From NCBI GenBank assembly GCA_027053075.1, contig JALUEE010000031.1, forward strand, positions 1 to 16,862: a stretch of 16,862 bases of DNA, written 5' to 3'. The notes beneath the pieces are model-generated. The model was given only the letters and a program-made list of their open reading frames with translations, did no database searches and was not told the origin of the DNA. Below are positions 16,563 to 16,862 of the stretch, one piece after another. The position numbers were made by a program, and so were the translations under genes. How positions within the stretch are numbered: position 1 is the stretch's first letter; each line of letters starts with the position of its first letter. Source of the stretch: a candidate division WOR-3 bacterium (GTDB lineage Bacteria > Hydrothermota > Hydrothermia > B15-G9 > WFZT01).

Positions 16563-16591
16563 ATATTAAGTTTGCCCATATTTAAAGTCAA
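16563..16591 (-). promoter_or_regulatory. Candidate alaS promoter, probably giving a leaderless or near-leaderless mRNA
   Basis: TTGACT (16591-16586), 17-nt spacer, TAATAT (16568-16563), only 8 nt before the ATG. No SD present. Confidence 0.6.
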
Positions 16592-16760
16592 TAGCAGGGC
16601 TTATAAAAGTGTATCGCCGTCATAGGGTGAGAATGCTCAGAAGGAATGGACATAACCCAAAAGGTTAAAAACTAAATGCCTCAATAACAGCCAGTATACT
16701 CAAAATTTTATGCCGCACGCTAAGTATCGATCAATCCCCAAATCCTCAGCTAAGGAAAAT

Positions 16761-16781
16761 TTTGGTCTCGATCAGACCAAA
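16761..16781 (-). terminator. Short hairpin, possible terminator of an upstream gene
   Basis: 8-bp inverted repeat TTTGGTCT / AGACCAAA with a 5-nt loop, followed on the minus strand by ATTTT. Confidence 0.3.
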
Positions 16782-16822
16782 TCGGCGCTTATCTCCACAC
16801 CCGCTCCGCTAACTTCACTGGC

Positions 16823-16862
16823 TCACTGCCGTCTCCTGACTATTTTTATCCACTCATCTCCC
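16823..16862 (-). CDS. Possible 3' end of an upstream gene (...GDEWIKIVRRRQ*)
   Basis: Purine-rich open frame entering from the window edge and ending at TGA 16825-16823, with a hairpin about 40 nt downstream. Too short to verify. Confidence 0.3.
   Translation of the reverse strand, partial: GDEWIKIVRRRQ

Noticed and set aside
16592..16822. T-box leader upstream of alaS
   Set aside because: No T-box consensus (GGTGGNACCGCG) on the minus strand, and the candidate promoter sits immediately before the start codon.

Overview
Bacterial window with every credible gene on the minus strand. From right to left: alaS, an M42 metallo-aminopeptidase, a PpiD/SurA-type membrane-anchored chaperone, and a tightly coupled methionine module. 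That module comprises a stand-alone MetH reactivation domain, a MetH lacking that domain, and a YitJ-type homocysteine methyltransferase/MTHFR fusion. An intergenic stretch with REP-like hairpins follows, then a visibly more AT-rich accessory unit. This unit encodes a 7-bladed beta-propeller lipoprotein and, directly downstream, a giant secreted protein (>1276 aa, start 3829). The ORF track missed it because it has no stop codon inside the window. My manual translation shows a signal peptide, a Zn-dependent phospholipase C / S1-P1 nuclease-like N-terminal domain, an unassigned middle region, an FN3 domain and an Asp-box beta-rich region. This lipoprotein plus enzyme pair is the most promising candidate for an undescribed system. 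No database searches were run, so family calls rest on motif recognition.
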